Assembly (NCBI RefSeq): GCF_032191835.1
Contig: NC_083227.1
Span: 24,180,001-24,244,000, forward strand
From: Heteronotia binoei
Lineage: Eukaryota
Direction: 5' to 3'
DNA: 64,000 nt
Shown here one piece after another: positions 58,334 through 64,000 of the stretch. The notes beneath the pieces are model-generated. The model ran no database searches, was not told the origin of the DNA, and worked only from the letters and a program-made list of their open reading frames with translations. The position numbers and the translations under genes are program-made. Position 1 is the stretch's first letter. The number at the start of each line of letters is the position of its first letter.

Positions 58334-58670
58334 GTAGAATTGTCAAGCACACTGGGAAAAGAGGGAGGAAGGCCTTCTGAGACCTGAGATGAATATATAT
58401 GAACATATGAAGCTGCCTTCTACTGAATCAGACCCTTGGTCCATCAAAGTCAGTATTGTCTACTCAGACTGGCAGCGGCTCTCCAGGGTCTCAAGCTGAG
58501 GTTTTTCACACCTATTTGCCTGGACCCTTTTAATTGGAGATGCTGGGGATTGAACCTGGGACCTTCTGCTTACCAAGCAGATGCTCTACCACTGAGCCAC
58601 CGTCTGATCTGCAAAGCTCGGAAACGACTTCTGGGGCTGAGCAAAGCTTTGGCTCTCAATCCCTTTAGAG

Positions 58671-59157
58671 CAGGGGTGTTGAATTCGTTTGTTATAAGGG
58701 CCAAATCTGACATAAATGAGACCTTGTCAGGCCAGGCCATGTGTATTTAAGATTAGGTAGCAGAGATATAAACTTTTTAAAGGACATAGACAAACACAAC
58801 TAAAGATTTTTATTTATTTATTTTTTTTAAAAAGCTTATAACATTAGGGCTTGTTGGTCTTAAATGTAATTCTTTGTACTTCTCCCATGGGATCTAGAGA
58901 GCTGGGCAAAGGAAGCTCTGGCTCTTTTCCTCCCTCCCCAGGGGACCAGGAGGGGGAGGAGCCTCAACCAATGTAGAAAATCGAGGTTTTGCTCTATAGC
59001 TCCTGTGCGATGGAATGAGCCTTGCAAAGCAAGCTGAAATGCAGAAGGAAGCAAGAGAGAGGGAGCAGGAAGCAGATAAGAGCCAGTTGCTCAGGGGTTT
59101 GATAGGCGCCCCCCAGGGGCCTGATTCGGCCCCCAAGCTGCATGTTTGACACCCCTG
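58671..59157. mobile_element. hAT-type MITE with a perfect 8 bp TSD CTTTAGAG
   Basis: CAGGGGTGT...ACACCCCTG termini; TSD at 58663-58670 and 59158-59165. Confidence 0.88.
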
Positions 59158-59163
59158 CTTTAG

Positions 59164-59313
59164 AGGTATCCTTAAATTCTGGATATTCCAGAGAAAGAAG
59201 GAATGTTTCCCAGGAACAAATTCCCTTAGGAGAGAAACTATGTAATTGCTTAGATTGTGAAAAGACCTTCAGTTGGAAAATGGCCCTTAGTTCAAATCAA
59301 AGGATTCCCTCAG
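59164..59313 (+). CDS. Candidate gene D internal exon, 150 nt, with one degenerate zinc finger
   Basis: GEKLCNCLDCEKTFSWKMALSSNQRIPSG; CTTTAG acceptor and CAG|GTGAGG donor, phase 1 to 1. Confidence 0.45.
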
Positions 59314-59324
59314 GTGAGGAGTGA

Positions 59325-60077
59325 TAGCAGTTGGCCCCCTTCCTGGAGCGCCGTGACCTAGCAATGGTGATCCATGCTACGGTCACCTCGAGACTGGATT
59401 ACTGCAACGCCCTCTACATGGGGCTGCCCTTGAGCCGAACTCGGCGGCTGCAGCTGGTGCAGAACGCGGTGGCTAGGCTGTTGTTGGGGCTCCCAAGGTG
59501 GGAGCACATACAGCCAGGGCTACGCGGACTGCACTGGCTGCCAGTGGTATACAGAGTTCATTACAAAGTGCTGGTTATCACCTTTAAAGCCCTATATGGT
59601 CGAGGACCTGCCTACCTGAGGGACCGTCTCTCCCCATATGAGCCCCTGAGAGCGCTGAGGTCAGCTGGAAAAAACCAGCTGAATATCCCTGGGCCAAGGG
59701 AGGCCAGATTGAAGGCCACCCGGGATCGGGCCTTCTCTATTGCAGCTCCACTGCTGTGGAATCAACTCCCAGAGGAGGTACGGGCCCTACGATGCTTAGA
59801 TCAATTCCGTAGGGCCTGTAAGACCCACCTCTTCAAAATAGCCTTCAACTAACGACAAGCTAGGAAGTGCCGTTGAAAATGCTTTTAGTTACTGAATTCT
59901 ATTGAAGATCTAATGTTTATAGCACCATATTGTTAATGTTAATTTTAATATAATCTGTAATTTGTTTTAACCATGATTTTATAAGTATAACTCGATGTAT
60001 AATGTATTTTTATGCTGTGAGCCGCCCTGAGCCTGCCTTGGCAGGGAGGGCGGGATAGAAATATAAAGTTGTTGTTG

Positions 60078-60159
<82 letters not shown>
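59325..60159 (+). mobile_element. 5'-truncated L2 LINE with a (GTT)n(ATT)n tail
   Basis: Open 173 aa ORF2 C-terminus (TSRLDYCNALY...LQLVQNAVAR...LHWLPV...RAFSIAAPLLWNQLP). Confidence 0.9.
60068..60159. repeat. (GTT)n(ATT)n microsatellite
   Basis: Direct reading; tail of the L2 copy. Confidence 0.95.
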
Positions 60160-60160
<1 letters not shown>

Positions 60161-60341
60161 GAAATCATCAGTGTGCAAAGCAAGCCTCTCTGATGCAGCA
60201 GGATTTTCAATTGTCCATTTTCGGTACACTTCAAAGTGCAGCAAAAAGAAACTCTAGAAATGTTACAAATGTGAATAGATATTCAAGCGCAGATCAGACC
60301 TCCTTGTGTGGGAGCTAATAGGATCTTTGTCTTTATTCCAG

Positions 60342-63037
60342 CAGGGGATGATCAAGGGAATGAGGACGACGAGGAACTGCGTCATCTGTTGCCAGGTGAA
60401 ATCAGATATGAAGACGTGAAAAGAAGCCTCAGGAATCAAGATGGATCCAAGAGGCAGAAAAGGAGCCACGTGGTTGAGAAGAGTGGCAAAACCATTCCTT
60501 GCCCAAGGGGGGTTTTCTGTGAAGCAATTCACATGATGGAGGAAACATACAAATGCTTGGAGTGTGGAATGAACTTCTCAGATCAGTCCCAATATCACGT
60601 GCATTTGACAATACATCCTGAAAAGAAGACCCATCATTGCTTGGAGTGTGGAAAGAAGTTCAGGTACAGATCGCAGCTCCTTAAGCATCAAAGAACCCAC
60701 ACGGGGGAGAAACCTTTTGAATGCACAGTATGCAGAAAGAGCTTCAGTTGGAGCGGCAATCTTCACCAGCATGAAAGAACCCACACAGGACAGAAACCAG
60801 ATAGCTGCTTAGACCACGGCCAGAGCCTCCCACAGAAATCAGGCCTTTGTCAACACCAAAGGATTCACTCAGGAGAGACGCCGTTTATTTGCTCAGAGAA
60901 TGGATCGACACTCTCAACAGGTAACGAGAATACAGATTTGAGCTCACAGACTGAAACAAGTGAGTCTGGGACTTCTGCTGCAGCCTCTGAAGTCACGGAA
61001 AGCTCATGGCCCAGTTGCTGGACTGTGGAACAGAAAGATAGATTTTTGGAAAAAAACAATTGGTTGTTTTTTTGTGACGCCAAGTTGGGTTGCTCCGTGT
61101 GCAAAAAGATGAGAGGTTTAGAAGGAAAGAAAACTGGAGCGATACGGCTTTCCAGAGAATGGGTAAAATGTTCGGTAACACCATATGGTGACAGCAGGAA
61201 GCAGCAATTAACATCTCTGAGGAAAAAGATTTTTGAACACAGAGAAAGCGGTAATCATAAAGCTGCAGTTAAAATACTTGAAAAGGGGAAAAAACAAAGG
61301 CCCGTAAAAGCAGGTCATCCGTCACTAGAAAGTGAGGAAGAAATCACCAGTAAAGTGTTCCGTACTGTATATAAGTTGGCAAAAAGCAACCAGCCATTTA
61401 ATGATTTTGAAAGTGAAATTGATTTACAAGAATTAAATGGCGTCGACATGGGGACAATGTGGCATTCAGCTAATGCGTGTATAAATATTTTAAATCACAT
61501 TGGCCGTGAAATGAGACGTCTGGTGATCGGAAAGATTATCGACTCAAGGAGTAAAATCTCACTGATAATTGAGGAATCCACTACTGTGAGTCAGGAATCT
61601 GTACTGTTAGTGTACATTCGTACCTACATGAAGGAAATAGGCATGCCAGCCCCTGCAAATCTCTTCATCGCCTTGATGGAGCTGGAAGATGTGACGGCAA
61701 ATGGAATATTCAGCACTTTGATGTCTCAGCTTGAGTCGCTAGGGTTCACTGAAGATTTTCTTAAGGAAAACTTAGTTTCGTTGACCAGTGATGGTGCCGC
61801 AGTGTTGCTGGGATCCCGCGGAGGGGTTTTGAGACTTCTCAAAGATAGATTCCCTGCCGTTGTTTTATGGCATTGTGCCAGCCATCGGCTGGAATTATCA
61901 GTACATGATGTTGTGAGAGAGGTTTCTGGCATCAATAGAGTGCGAGATTTTTTGGACAAATTGTACGTTGTGTATCATACGTCTCTGAAACACGCAAGGG
62001 AGCTCAACTCATGTGCAGCTGCACTCGAGACGGAGATTTTAAAAATAGGAAGGGTTCTTTCCACCAGTTGGGTTGCATCCAGCTACAGGACCGTTTTGGC
62101 CGTCTGGCAGGATTACAAAGCCTTAGTGCTTCATTTGGGAAAAGGCAGATCACAAGGAGGGAGAGGCGGAAAGGGGGAAAGCACGTACGAGGGTCTTCAT
62201 AGAATGATGACGTCGGTTGATTTTATTTTGGAACTTGGGTTGTTTTGTGACACTTTGCAAGAGCTGTCGGAACTGAGTTTAGATTTGCAGGAGAGAAACA
62301 TCGATATGTACAAGGCCCACTGCAAGATTGAGTGTGTTCTTGATGTTTGTAGGCTGAGAAGCACCGCTCCAGGTCCTTATTACAAGGAAGCACTTGAAGC
62401 GGCAGAAAGTCTTCAGTTTAAGGGTGTCCCATTGCGTAAAAATAATAGAGCCGACAACCCACCAATCTCCCCAGTTGTATTCTACGATCAACTTAAAATT
62501 TCTCTTCAGAAAAGACTGCTTTCGGAAGAAGATGTAAACCTGTCAAAGTGTGCGAGAGTCCTGGATTCTGAGACTTGGCCGACAAGCATTAGGGACAACC
62601 CTCTCTTCGGAGAAGAAGAAATACGGACGTTGGCAGGAAGATTTCGGCTCGGTGAAAGAGAAGCCGTTAGAGCCTTCAGGGGCCATCTGAAATTGAGAAA
62701 AGGAGTGCCCAAGGAACTGGCTCAGATTCAGCACACTCTCAATACAATAGCCATTTCCTCCAGCGAGTGTGCAAGGGGATTTTCCCAGATGAACCTGATT
62801 GCCACCCCAGAAAGGTCCTCCTTGTCGATCGAAACACTGCAGAATTTATTATTTATCAGAATGGTCGGACCTCCCTTAACGGGCTTCAACCCAACGTACT
62901 ATGTTAGAAAGTGGTTGCTTCAAGGTCATCAGCCTGCCTTATCGACCCAAAGCGAGGACCAGAAAAGAACAGAAGTAACGGGTGACCTGTCACCATTTTG
63001 GGAACTTTTGGAGGGATTGTCCTCATCAAATGATTGA
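60342..63037 (+). CDS. Gene D last exon: spacer, 3 intact C2H2 fingers + 1 degenerate finger, in frame with a KIAA1586-like hAT transposase-derived region
   Basis: TTATTCCAG|CAG acceptor, phase 1. WPSCWT...WLF...LGCSVC...H...H TTF-type Zn module; IIEEST, TSDGA, HCASHRLEL, STSWVASS and SSECARGFS hAT motifs; 2.7 kb without a stop. Confidence 0.9.
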
Positions 63038-63154
63038 GGTTGTTAAATAATCCAATTTAGATTTAAAGACTTGTCTCACTATTTCAGTATAGTTTTCCAA
63101 AGTTCCAGAGTGCTTATTGAGATATTTGTTTGTTACTGTTAGTGTTACTTTTAA

Positions 63155-63160
63155 AATAAA
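63155..63160 (+). terminator. Candidate poly(A) signal of gene D
   Basis: AATAAA about 120 nt after the stop, in an AT-rich 3' UTR. Confidence 0.45.
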
Positions 63161-63259
63161 TATAATATTAAAAGTTTGGAAACTTGCCACTTTCACCACT
63201 GAATTCATCATTCTTTTGGTGGGATGCCTCTGTGTTAGAGTATTTTGCACGCAGCAAAA

Positions 63260-63830
63260 GAGCTGAAGGAGAGGGACAGGCAAAACACAGGAATTAATAG
63301 ACAAGAGAAACAGCTGTATTCAATGGTAGATATATTTACCAGGATAGTATCCAATATTCAGAGTCGTTGCCAGGCCAAGGTCATACACAGTAATCAGTAC
63401 ACACTTCAGTAGATAACAGTATACAGCAGTAAGTATACACAGCACGATCCAAGCACAGTAGCCTAGGATCCAACACCAGCAGTGTTCGCTGCCACCCAGA
63501 CAGTGGGCCTCACAGTACCCACAATCCTTACAGGCAGACTGAGCAGGCTCACTGAGCTTCCCTAAGTACACGTACCAATCATGCAAGGTTGCATCAGCTC
63601 TGTGAGTCAGCACAAAGCCTAATTACAGGTGAGGTCATCCCACCTTACCTCAGTAACAGGTAACAGCTGGATCATGATGCAGCATGACTCAGCATGACAT
63701 TGCAGAAACAACATTACTATTACTAAGATAGAGTCAGTCAGCCATTTTAGGACTGAGTTCCAACACTCTGTAGTATAATCGACCAGATCCAGTACCAGTT
63801 CTCTGCCAGCATCGTTTCTAGACATTTCTT
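63260..63830. mobile_element. Candidate LTR-like repeat fragment
   Basis: CAGT/ACAG-rich low-complexity block of the kind seen in reptile Gypsy LTRs; ends and TSD not resolved. Confidence 0.25.
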
Positions 63831-64000
63831 CTGGTCACCCAACTCTGTGGTAAACCAGGGGTCCGGGTTCTGCCCCAAGCGTGGGAGTGGTCAATGAGGG
63901 CAAACCTTATAGATAGCTTCAAGAAGCTTTGTGTTTCATGCTTCCCCTTAGGGTTGCTAGCTCCCTCCTGGCAACTAGCAGAGTATGGGGGAGGAGTTAC

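Noticed and set aside
59945-60244. Poly-Asn and poly-Ile ORFs
   Set aside because: Translation of the (ATT)n microsatellite.
60921-60983. Possible 63 nt in-frame mini-intron (CAG|GTAACG...CTGCAG) at the fusion junction
   Set aside because: At or below the usual vertebrate minimum intron size, with a weak pyrimidine tract; the frame is open either way, so it cannot be supported without RNA data.

Overview
Vertebrate genomic DNA, very likely a squamate and probably a gecko (inferred from Sauria/Squam-type SINEs, CR1/L2/L1 fragments, Penelope termini and abundant AGGGTTGCC MITEs). The window is part of a tandem SCAN/C2H2 zinc-finger gene cluster. Three paralogous minus-strand genes lie here: A (5' half only), B (593 aa predicted) and C (702 aa predicted). 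Each has an extended Gag-capsid-like SCAN exon, and I found no KRAB exon in B or C. A fourth gene, D, is on the plus strand head-to-head with C. It splices SCAN + KRAB-A to a 2.7 kb last exon in which three C2H2 fingers run in frame into a full-length KIAA1586-type hAT transposase. That transposase ORF is intact, but two of its three catalytic residues and the RW arginine appear substituted, so D is a candidate domesticated host-transposase fusion. An intron of gene B holds an apparently intact, very young Ty3/Gypsy chromovirus (22350-28417). It has LTRs identical by eye, a TCGTT TSD, a GGGAAAC + pseudoknot -1 frameshift and a Tf1-type self-priming site instead of a tRNA PBS. Also present are a processed PDILT pseudogene, an orphan frameshifted ZF exon, fossil fingers in 3' UTRs and a Penelope-associated minimal hammerhead ribozyme motif. 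All calls are by eye; exon structures rest on splice consensus and phase arithmetic, and the boundaries of old repeats are approximate.
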